This document shows positions 17,894-31,141 of a DNA stretch of 32,000 nt, one piece after another. The notes beneath the pieces were generated by a model, which saw only the letters and a program-made list of their open reading frames with translations, ran no database searches and had not been told where the DNA came from. Origin of the DNA: Deinococcus radiodurans R1 = ATCC 13939 = DSM 20539 (GTDB lineage: Bacteria; Deinococcota; Deinococci; Deinococcales; Deinococcaceae); NCBI RefSeq assembly GCF_000008565.1, contig NC_001264.1:157418-189417 (forward strand), read 5' to 3'. A program made the position numbers and the translations under genes. How positions within the stretch are numbered: the first letter of the stretch is position 1; each line of letters starts with the position of its first letter.

Positions 17894-17973
17894 GTTGATA
17901 GTTGAGGGGTGATGGTTGATAGGAAAATGCGTTCCAGCCGCTCTCTATCAACCATCAACCATTCACCATCAAC
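17894..17973. repeat. Imperfect 29-bp inverted repeat (long hairpin) in the thiE-thiS junction
   Basis: The left arm is gttgatagttgaggggtgatggttgatag (17894-17922). The right arm is ctatcaaccatcaaccattcaccatcaac (17945-17973). By my count 23 of 29 positions are complementary, with a 22-nt loop. The right arm overlaps the last codons of thiE. Confidence 0.7.
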
Positions 17974-18611
17974 GCTTCCCGCAATGCGTGTGCCGCCGCC
18001 GCGCAGTCGTCCGCGTCGAGCACCGCCCGCACCACGGCGATGCGGGTGGCTCCAGCGTCCAGCACGGCCTGCACGTTCCCCAGGTCGATGCCGCCGATGG
18101 CGTACCAGGGCAGTGTGGGCCTGAGCGCGGCGATGTGGCGCACGTAGCCGAGTCCAGCGGCGACGCGGCCCGGTTTGGTGGGCGTGGCATGCACGGGGCC
18201 GGTGGCGAAGTAGGCGGGGGCTTCGGCCAGGGCGCGCGCGGCGTCTTCCGGACGGTGGGTCGAGCGGCCCACCCGCAGCCCCGGCGCCATGAGCCGCGCC
18301 CACTCCACCGGCAGGTCGTTTTGCCCGAGGTGCACGCCGTCAGCGCCCGCCGCGAGCGCCACGTCCACCCGGTCGTTCACGAAAAAGGGCACGTTCCGGG
18401 CGTGGGCGAGGTCGCGCAGCCGCTCGGCCAGCGCGATGTAGGGCCGCGCCTCCCCGTATTGCCCAGAATCGGCCTTGCAGCGCAGTTGCAGGGTGTCCAC
18501 CCCGCCCGCGAGCGCGTCTTCCACCCGCCGCAGAAACTCGGCTTCGGATTGACCGGGGCGCGGCGTGGCGACGAGGTAGAGGTGACCGAGAGGACGGGTG
18601 GGCGCGGTCAT
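17955..18611 (-). CDS. thiE: Thiamine-phosphate synthase ThiE
   Basis: Start at the ATG at 18611 ([17 protein letters not shown]...) with GAGGGGG Shine-Dalgarno. [30 protein letters not shown] and [15 protein letters not shown] motifs are present. Confidence 0.9.
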   Translation of the reverse strand: MTAPTRPLGHLYLVATPRPGQSEAEFLRRVEDALAGGVDTLQLRCKADSGQYGEARPYIALAERLRDLAHARNVPFFVNDRVDVALAAGADGVHLGQNDLPVEWARLMAPGLRVGRSTHRPEDAARALAEAPAYFATGPVHATPTKPGRVAAGLGYVRHIAALRPTLPWYAIGGIDLGNVQAVLDAGATRIAVVRAVLDADDCAAAAHALREALMVNG

Positions 18612-18639
18612 GCGGAGGCCCCCTCGCCCCGTTGCTTCG

Positions 18640-18800
18640 CCGCGCCTCTCTCTGCTTCGCAGCTCTCCGCGTCCCTCGGAGGGAAAGGCGTCAGCAAAAG
18701 CCAAAAGCTGAGGCTGTGTTCTGTCCCTCTCCACCTGTGGGAGAGGGGGGGAGCCGCGCAGCGGCGGAAGGGTGAGGGGGCTCCCAGACCAACCCACCGC
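18640..18800. repeat. Small non-coding repeat element (same family as 13011-13205) inserted between thiC and thiE
   Basis: The hairpin ccctctcc-acctgtg-ggagaggg lies at 18725-18747. The core tgtccctct...ggggggagccgcgc parallels tgtccctcc...gggggagcgc at 13076-13117. A second palindrome tccctcggaggga lies at about 18672-18684. Boundaries are approximate. Confidence 0.45.
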
Positions 18801-18824
18801 ACATCCCCACCCCGCCCCCTGCCC

Positions 18825-20735
<1,911 letters not shown>

Positions 20736-20808
20736 TCAAGCTGTAGTGTTCGTCGGGGAAGGCAGCGGCGAAGTCACGGTGCCTGCCCGGTCTCAGTCAG
20801 TGTCGGTC

Positions 20809-20846
20809 AATAAAAAAGCCCTCCCCACGAAGAAACGGAGGAGGGC
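20809..20846 (-). terminator. Intrinsic terminator forming the expression platform of the TPP riboswitch
   Basis: The minus strand reads GCCCTCCTCCGTTTCTTCGTGGGGAGGGC followed by TTTTTTATT. This is a stem of about 9 bp plus a U-tract, located just 3' of the aptamer. Confidence 0.7.
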
Positions 20847-20866
20847 AGAACAAAAGTCTCTGCGCC

Positions 20867-20969
20867 CGTCACACTCCCTCCGCTGGTGCTAACCAGTTCA
20901 GGTTCATAGGGTTAGGCCCGAGTTGCCCTCTCAGCCTCCGGCCCATATGCGGAGGCACCCCTGTTGACG
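20867..20969 (-). promoter_or_regulatory. TPP (thiamine pyrophosphate) riboswitch aptamer
   Basis: The minus strand reads CGTCAACAGGGGTGCCTCCGCATATGGGCCGGAGGCTGAGAGGGCAACTCGGGCCTAACCCTATGAACCTGAACTGGTTAGCACCAGCGGAGGGAGTGTGACG. It contains the conserved GGGGTGC, CTGAGA, ACCC..TGAACCTGA.CTGG.TA..ACCAGCG.AGGGA blocks and a closing P1 helix. Confidence 0.92.
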
Positions 20970-20977
20970 ATGCCCCG

Positions 20978-21006
20978 AGTTTGCCACCGCGTCAGGGACA
21001 GGTCAA
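20978..21006 (-). promoter_or_regulatory. Candidate thi operon promoter
   Basis: On the minus strand: TTGACC (21006-21001), a 17-nt spacer, then CAAACT (20983-20978). This places the transcription start a few nt before the riboswitch P1. Confidence 0.35.
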
Positions 21007-21169
21007 GCCCGACAGCAAGACAAGTGCCAAACAGTCTAAAAAGTTTTTTATATGAAGATCTCCCTGTTGTCCCTTCACATACAGACATATCCCCCCCTTA
21101 CCCTTGCGTTTCCCTGCCCAAGCTTTATCCTCTGCACATTCAAAGCTCAGCCACCCGAGGAGGGAGCGC

Positions 21170-22546
21170 GTGACCGCAACACCCAGCCCAACCGTCCACC
21201 CCGTCGATGAGGTGCCCGCCGCCCAGAACCTGCTGGTCTTCGGCCTGCAACACGTCATGAGCATGTACGCGGGCATCGTCGCCGTGCCGCTGATCCTCGC
21301 CGGGGCACTGGGGCTCGATGCCACCACCGCCGCGCGCATCGTCAGCGCCAGCTTCTTCATGTGCGGCCTCGCCACCCTGGTCCAGACGCTCGGCGTCGGT
21401 CCCTTCGGCGCCAAGTTGCCCATCGTGCAGGGGACCACCTTCGCCGCCGTAGGCACCATGATTCTGGTCGGCAAGGAGTTCGGTCTGCCGGGCATCTACG
21501 GCGCGGTGATCGCGGGCGGCCTGTTCACCATCCTGCTCGCGCCGTATTTCTCGCGCCTGCTGCGCTTCTTTCCGCCGGTCGTGTCGGGCACCGTCATCAC
21601 CATGATCGGCATTTCGCTGCTGCCGGTGGCCTTCAACTGGGCCGGTGGGGGCGTGGGCAACCCCAACTTCGGCAGCCCCGGCAACCTGGGCCTGGCGGCC
21701 ATCACCCTGCTCATCGTGCTGCTCATCAGCCGCTTCGGCCGGGGCTACCTCGGGCGCATCGCGGTGCTGCTCGGGCTGGTCATCGGCAGCGTCATCGCCG
21801 CGCTTTTCGGGCAAGTGAACGGCGCCCCCATCAGCAGCGCCGCCTGGGTGGGCTTCACACCGCCGCTCGCCTTCGGGGCGCCCACCTGGCACCTCGTGCC
21901 GATTCTGTCCATGCTGCTGGTGATGTTGGTCGTGATGGTCGAAACCACCGCTGACCTGCTCGCCATCGGAGAAATCACCGGCAAGAAAGTCGGTCCCCGC
22001 GAAGTCGCCGCCGGGCTGCGCGCCGACGGGCTCTCCACCGCCGTCGGGGGGCTGTTCAACTCCTTTCCCTTCACCGCCTTTGCCCAGAACGTCGGGCTGG
22101 TGCGCTTTACCGGCATCAAGAGTCGCTTTGTCGTCGCGGCGGCGGGCGTCATCCTGCTGCTGATGGGCTTTTTCCCCAAACTCAGCGCGCTCGTCGCCAG
22201 CATTCCGCTGCCGGTGCTCGGCGGCGCCGGACTGGTGCTGTTCGCCTCGGTGGCCGTTTCCGGCATTCAGACCCTCGCCAAGGTGGACCTCAGCGACACC
22301 CGCAACCTCACCGTCGTCTCGGTCAGCCTCGCGCTCGGCCTGATTCCCTCCACCGTGCCCGGCCTGTACGCCCACCTGCCCGCGCAGGCGCAACTGTTCC
22401 TCGGCAGCGGCATCACTGCCGCGAGCCTGTGCGCCATCTTGCTCAACATCCTCTTCAACATCGTCGGCAGCGACCGCCCGCGTCCCTCCGCGACCGCCAC
22501 CGTGGCTGAGCACGCGCCCGAACCGGGGGACCTCGCCGAGCACTGA
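21170..22546 (+). CDS. NCS2-family nucleobase:cation symporter (xanthine/uric acid permease type)
   Basis: I prefer the GTG at 21170, after GAGGAGGGA. The N-terminus VHPVDEVPAAQNLLVFGLQHVMSMYAGIVAVPLIL is typical of PbuX/XanP-like permeases. About 12 TM segments are apparent. It sits upstream of xdhABC. Confidence 0.85.
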   Translation: MTATPSPTVHPVDEVPAAQNLLVFGLQHVMSMYAGIVAVPLILAGALGLDATTAARIVSASFFMCGLATLVQTLGVGPFGAKLPIVQGTTFAAVGTMILVGKEFGLPGIYGAVIAGGLFTILLAPYFSRLLRFFPPVVSGTVITMIGISLLPVAFNWAGGGVGNPNFGSPGNLGLAAITLLIVLLISRFGRGYLGRIAVLLGLVIGSVIAALFGQVNGAPISSAAWVGFTPPLAFGAPTWHLVPILSMLLVMLVVMVETTADLLAIGEITGKKVGPREVAAGLRADGLSTAVGGLFNSFPFTAFAQNVGLVRFTGIKSRFVVAAAGVILLLMGFFPKLSALVASIPLPVLGGAGLVLFASVAVSGIQTLAKVDLSDTRNLTVVSVSLALGLIPSTVPGLYAHLPAQAQLFLGSGITAASLCAILLNILFNIVGSDRPRPSATATVAEHAPEPGDLAEH

Positions 22547-22589
22547 CCGGCCCGAGTTGAGCTAGACTCGGCCCACCACAACCAGACCC

Positions 22590-22639
<50 letters not shown>

Positions 22640-22723
22640 CACGCCCACCCCTGGGCCAGGGCGCATGCTGAAGCCACCAGACGGACCGTCTTTTTTCTTT
22701 TTCCTTTTCCTTAGAGGAGGCCC

Positions 22724-24174
22724 ATGAACACATTCGAGCTGACCGTCAACGGCGCCGCGCGGCGGGTCCGAGACGTGCCCCCCCACACCACGCTGCTGCA
22801 TTGGCTGCGCGACCAGGGCCTGACCGGCTGCAAGGAAGGCTGCGCCGAGGGCGAATGCGGCGCCTGCGCGGTGCTCGTCGCTCGGCCTGACGGCGAGGGC
22901 GCAGACACCCGCTGGGAAAGCGTCAACGCCTGCCTCGTCACGCTGGCAGCACTCAGCGGGCAGGAAGTCGTGACCGCCGAGGGGCTCGGTTCGCCTGCGG
23001 ACCTCCACCCGGTGCAGCGCGAACTCGCCGGGCGCGGCGGCTCGCAGTGCGGGTACTGCACCCCCGGCTTCGTGACGAGCATGGCCGCCGAGTACTACCG
23101 CGAGCGCACCCCCCAGAACCACGGCGCCCCCAACGGCTTCGACCTGCACGCCCTGAGCGGCAACCTCTGCCGCTGTACCGGCTACCGCCCGATTCGTGAC
23201 GCGGCGTACGCCCTCGGGACGCCGGACGGGGAAGACCCCCTCGCGCAGCGGCGCACGCAGCCGGCCCCAGCGCCCCAGGCCACCGAACTCGTCACGCCGC
23301 AGGGCAATTTTTACCGGCCTCTTGCTCTGGCCGACGCGCTCGACCTGATGGCCCAGCACCCCGGTGCCCGGCTGCTCGCGGGCGGCACCGACTGGAACGT
23401 GGACGTCAATTTACGTCACGCCCGTGCCGAGACGGTGATTGCCGTAGACGCCCTGCCCGAGCTGCGCGAACTGAAGTGGAGCACTGGTCCTCTTGATACG
23501 GGCACGCTGGAGATCGGCGCCGGACTCAACCTCTCGGACATCGAGCGCCGTCTCGGTGGGCGGGTGCCACTGCTGGCGCAGCTGTGGCCGCAATTCGCCA
23601 GTCGCCTCATTCGCAACTCTGCCACGCTGGGGGGCAACCTCGGCACCGCCTCGCCCATCGGCGACAGCCCGCCCGCGCTGCTGGCGCTCGACGCCTCGCT
23701 GGTGCTGGTGTCGAGTGGGGGAGAACGCACCGTGCCGCTCGCCGAGTACTTCACCGGCTACCGGCAAACCGCCTTGCAACCCGGCGAACTCATCCGCGCG
23801 GTGCGAATTCCGCTGCCGCTCTCGCCCCTCACCGCCTTCCACAAAATCGCCAAGCGGCGCTTCGACGATATTTCCAGCGTGGCGGTCGCCTTCGCGCTCG
23901 ACGTGCAGGGGGGCGTGGTTCACAAAGCCCGCATCGGCCTCGGCGGCGTGGCGGCCACCCCACTGCGGGCTTACGAGACGGAGCAGGCGCTCGAAGGCCA
24001 GCCCTGGACCGAGGCGACGGTGCAGCGGGCCGCCCGCGCCCTGCGTGGCGAAGGCACCCCCATGAGCGACCACCGCGCCAGCGCCGAGTACCGCGCCGCG
24101 ATGCTGGGGCAGGCGCTGCTGCGGTTTTTTTACGAGTCCCAGCAAGGCGAAAGTGATGTCAGGGAGGCCCAGGC

Positions 24175-24178
<4 letters not shown>
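22724..24178 (+). CDS. xdhA: Xanthine dehydrogenase small subunit XdhA ([2Fe-2S] plus FAD-binding domains)
   Basis: Cysteine patterns CKEGCAEGECGACAV and QCGYCTPGF...CRCTGY are present, followed by an FAD-binding domain (LLAGGTDWNV, ATLGGNLGTASPIGD). AGGAGG Shine-Dalgarno is present. Confidence 0.92.
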
Positions 24179-26598
<2,420 letters not shown>

Positions 26599-26609
26599 CC
26601 CATGAGCGG

Positions 26610-27430
26610 TTGGCTGCCGGGCGTGCAGGCGCTCACCGAGCGGGGCGAGCGGGCGTGCTCGTTACCCTCGCCGTCGTGCGCGGGCACGCCCCGCGTGAGG
26701 CGGGGGCCAAGATGGTCGTCTCGGTCACGCAAACCTGGGACACGGTGGGCGGCGGCAACCTCGAAGCGACGGCGGTGGCCCGTGCCCGTGCGCTGCTCGA
26801 AACCGGGGCGAGTGCGCCCGAACTGCTCACCCTGCGCCTGACCGACCGTGCCCCCAACGAGTACGGGCGGCAGTGCTGCGGCGGCGAGGTGACGCTGCTG
26901 CTCGAGCCGCTGCGGACCGCGTTCCCAGTGGTCGCGCTGTTCGGCATCGGGCACGTGGGGCTGGAGCTCGGGCTGCTGCTCTCGCGCCACCCGGTCGAGC
27001 TCCACCTCGCCGACTCGCGCGCCGCGCAGCTCACGCCCGAGCGGCTCGCCCCGCTGCGTGGCGGCCCGGCGCGGCTGCACGTTCACCACTCGCCCATTCC
27101 CGAGATGGCGCTCGCCGAGTTGCCGCCTGGTGCCTGCGCCGTCTTTCTCACCCACGACCACGCCGAGGACCTCGCGCTGTGCGACGCCGCGCTGCATCGG
27201 GGCGACCTGGCGTTTACCGGCCTCATCGGGTCCGCCGTCAAATGGTCGCGCTTCCGTGAGCAGCTGCGGGCGGCGGGACACACCCCGGAGGCCATCAAGA
27301 CCATTACCTGCCCCGTTGGACTGCCGGGGCTCGGCGGCAAGGCGCCCGCCGTGATTGCCCTGAGCATCGCCGCCCAGCTTTATCCGCTGCTGTTTCCTGC
27401 CGTACCTGCGCCCTCTCCCGAAAGGACTCC

Positions 27431-27434
<4 letters not shown>
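26610..27434 (+). CDS. xdhC: Xanthine dehydrogenase accessory protein XdhC. The 5' end is uncertain because of a possible 1-nt frameshift (see findings).
   Basis: VLVTLAVVRGHAPREAGAKMVV..., GGGNLE, the Rossmann-like FGIGHVG and DHAEDL are XdhC/CoxI features. The ORF-track start is a TTG without a Shine-Dalgarno. The ATG at 26602 with a GGAG Shine-Dalgarno is in another frame. Confidence 0.8.
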
Positions 27435-28750
<1,316 letters not shown>

Positions 28751-28755
28751 GAGGC

Positions 28756-28797
28756 AGGAGCCACTGGGACTTGCCTGGGGGCTCGCTTTTTCTGTTT
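28756..28797 (+). terminator. Weak hairpin plus T-run after guaD
   Basis: A gagcc...ggctc stem is followed by gctttttctgttt. The stem is short, so this is only a tentative terminator. Confidence 0.3.
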
Positions 28798-28995
28798 GAC
28801 TTCTAACGATCACAATTTGGCTTTCTTACCTAAGGCCGCTTATGGATAAAAGGCATCATTTGCCCCTTTACCCTTCTGTCGCCAGCCAGCGTACGAGATT
28901 TGAGAGATGCGTCACTTTAAGCTGTCGGTGCTGGTGGTCGGTGTCCGCTGCTTGACTGGGCGGGTGGAGGCGTCTGCCTGTTGAGGAGGGGCTCC

Positions 28996-30069
28996 ATGTT
29001 GCGTACCTTGGTTCTCAATTTCTGTTTGCTGGTCACGCTGGTATACCTGCTGAGTCTGACCTATAAAAGTGCGGCTGATTTGGCCGACTCTCGTCTCCAG
29101 GTGCCACGCTTCCTGCTCGTTTCGCTGATGTGCGTGCCGCTGATGTTTTTTCCGGCGCAGGTGGCGCCTGGGGTCTTTGTTGACCTGCGAGCAGTGCCGA
29201 TTGCTTTCCTGACCCTCCGCCTGGGCTGGGGCTGGGGGCTGGTGGGCGCCGTGCCGCTGCTCGTCTACCGCTACCTGCTGGGCGGCGTGGGCTGGCCGCC
29301 GGCCATGGTGAGTGCGATCGGTGTGGTGCTGGTGGCGGGGCTCTTTCATGGTCGGCTGGGACTGTTCAGGCCGCAGTGGCCGTGGGAACGACTACTTTTG
29401 CCGCTGCTGCTGATTTTTCTGCCCAATGGGCTGCTGCTGCCGATTATCCGGCATGATTTGAGCCTCTATCTGACCGTGTGGCTGCCGCTGCTGGTAATGT
29501 GCTTTCTGGGCGCGTTAATCACGCTGGGCATCTTGCGCAGTCGTTTCCGCCTGCTCTCGCTGGTCGAAACCTTTGAGCGGCAGGCCCACCAGGACGCGCT
29601 CTCGACCCTCGCCAACCGGCGGCAGTTTGATCTCGACATCCAGACGCTGGGGCCTGACGACGTGCTGTGCCTGATCGATATTGACCATTTCAAGCAGGTG
29701 AACGACGTGCACGGGCACGAAGCGGGCGACGGGGTGCTGGTGCAACTCGGGGAGCTGTTGCCGCGTTGCCTGCGCGCCTCGGACCGGGCCTACCGTTACG
29801 GCGGCGAGGAATTTGCCGTGCTCTTCCGGATGACGGGGGCGGTGGACCCGGCAGTACTTGGCGAACGGTTACGCGCCCAGGTGGCCCAGACAGCCTTTAC
29901 GGTACTGGGGGGCGCTCCTCTGACGGTGTCGGTCGGGCTGGCGCGCCGGGGCGAGGGCAGCGTGGGCGACTGCTTTCGACGGGCGGACGTGGCACTTTAC
30001 GCGGCGAAGCGAGGAGGGCGGAATAGGGCGGTGGTGTGGGGGCCGGAGTTGGGAGAAGGAACGGGATGA
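28996..30069 (+). CDS. Membrane-anchored diguanylate cyclase (multi-TM sensor domain plus GGDEF domain with I-site)
   Basis: ATG at 28996 follows GAGGAGGGG. The N-terminal ~190 aa contain about 6 hydrophobic segments. The C-terminus reads DALSTLANRRQF...DIDHFKQVND..GH..GD...RASDRAYRYGGEEFAVLF...ALYAAKRGGRNR. This gives a GGEEF active site with RxxD five residues upstream. Confidence 0.88.
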   Translation: MLRTLVLNFCLLVTLVYLLSLTYKSAADLADSRLQVPRFLLVSLMCVPLMFFPAQVAPGVFVDLRAVPIAFLTLRLGWGWGLVGAVPLLVYRYLLGGVGWPPAMVSAIGVVLVAGLFHGRLGLFRPQWPWERLLLPLLLIFLPNGLLLPIIRHDLSLYLTVWLPLLVMCFLGALITLGILRSRFRLLSLVETFERQAHQDALSTLANRRQFDLDIQTLGPDDVLCLIDIDHFKQVNDVHGHEAGDGVLVQLGELLPRCLRASDRAYRYGGEEFAVLFRMTGAVDPAVLGERLRAQVAQTAFTVLGGAPLTVSVGLARRGEGSVGDCFRRADVALYAAKRGGRNRAVVWGPELGEGTG

Positions 30070-30118
30070 CAGCTTCAGGTAGCTTGTTTTTTATTGACAT
30101 AGGCATATAAAATTGTGT

Positions 30119-30991
30119 ATGCATCCACAGGACGAACGGCAACTCAAGCTGACGCGAGCGTTGCAGGAAGCGGACCTCGACACCGTGCTGGGGATTCTGG
30201 GGCCGGAGCTGCGCTGGCCGCTCAAGCAACTGCGGAGCAACCTGCGGCTGATCTTCGCGGCGGCGGAGCGCGACCATGTCAGCTTGCTGCATCCGCCTGC
30301 CGATTTCGTGACGTGGTTGCAGGGGCCACTGCACGAAACGGTTAAGGGGCCGGGCACTGCCAAGGCGAATACCGTGGTGGCGCGGCTTTCCACCATCTCA
30401 CGGCTGTACGAACTGTTGATGGACGAGGGCGTTGTGATTCGTCAACCGCTGCGGGGACTGGTGCGCCCGCCGGGGGAACGCAAGGTGGAAAAGGTGCCGC
30501 CGCGTGAAGACATCGAGCGGCTGCTGGTGCACGCGCAGCCTGACCCGGCGCTGTTCGCCGCTTTGACGCTGATGTACCGACATACCTTTCAGGTGGCCGA
30601 GATGCTCGCGCTGCGCTGGTCGGCGTTCCGGCACGAAGACGGCACCATCCTGCGGCGGCGGACGCTATGCCAGCTTGACGACGCGAGTTATGCGGCGCTC
30701 GACCGGCTGCTCGCGCAGGCGGGGGGGCCGCTGTCTAATCCCGCCGGGCGCATTTTCCCCTTTGAAAACAACGACGCGCTGCGGACCCGAATTTTTCAGG
30801 TGTGCCGGGAGGCCAATCTCACCTTCGTCAATCCAGCCAAGCTGCGCAAGGCAGGGCTGCGCGACTTTCCACTTACGCCCGATCAGGCAGGCTTTATCGG
30901 CGACGAGGCGTATGCGCTGGCAAGAGAACTGGCGAGCCGCTTGACGGAGGAGGACTCCGTCTCTTCTGCCACTGGGTCGGTCAATCAATAA
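30119..30991 (+). CDS. Tyrosine-recombinase (phage-integrase)-like protein, apparently degenerate
   Basis: ATG at 30119 lies directly after an AT-rich promoter-like patch. The N-terminal core-binding-like segment is TVVARLSTISRLYELLMDEGVVIRQPLRGLVRP. The box-I-like segment LTLMYRHTFQVAEMLALRWSAF has Q where the catalytic Arg is expected. The box-II-like segment AKLRKAGL lacks the His residues. Confidence 0.55.
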   Translation: MHPQDERQLKLTRALQEADLDTVLGILGPELRWPLKQLRSNLRLIFAAAERDHVSLLHPPADFVTWLQGPLHETVKGPGTAKANTVVARLSTISRLYELLMDEGVVIRQPLRGLVRPPGERKVEKVPPREDIERLLVHAQPDPALFAALTLMYRHTFQVAEMLALRWSAFRHEDGTILRRRTLCQLDDASYAALDRLLAQAGGPLSNPAGRIFPFENNDALRTRIFQVCREANLTFVNPAKLRKAGLRDFPLTPDQAGFIGDEAYALARELASRLTEEDSVSSATGSVNQ

Positions 30992-31105
30992 CTTCGCGCT
31001 TGTGACCTGCACTTCGGCGCGATAGAAGCGATGATCGACGAGGCACAGAATCTCGTCGGGGACATAGCCCTATTCATATATTTTTTTGTTTAGCCAACAA
31101 GACTT

Positions 31106-31137
31106 AAAAACCGGGCTGTAGCGCCCGGTCCTTTTTT
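31106..31137. terminator. Bidirectional intrinsic terminator between the integrase-like gene and the convergent permease
   Basis: The sequence is aaaaa-ccgggc-tgtagc-gcccgg-tcctttttt. A 7-bp GC-rich stem (accgggc/gcccggt) is flanked by an A-tract and a T-tract. Confidence 0.65.
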
Positions 31138-31141
31138 ACCC

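Noticed and set aside
17894-17973. Repeated caaccatcaacc-type sequences, considered as a possible CRISPR array or tandem repeat locus
   Set aside because: There are only two direct copies plus one inverted copy, separated by a gene rather than by uniform spacers, and no cas genes are present. This is better explained as a small dispersed repeat or hairpin.
20970-21169. AT-rich 200-bp region upstream of the xanthine/uric acid-type permease, examined for a purine riboswitch
   Set aside because: I could not find the conserved purine-aptamer blocks (the three-way junction with the U/C-discriminator context) on either strand. The region more likely holds divergent promoters for thiC and the permease. 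A cmsearch would settle it.
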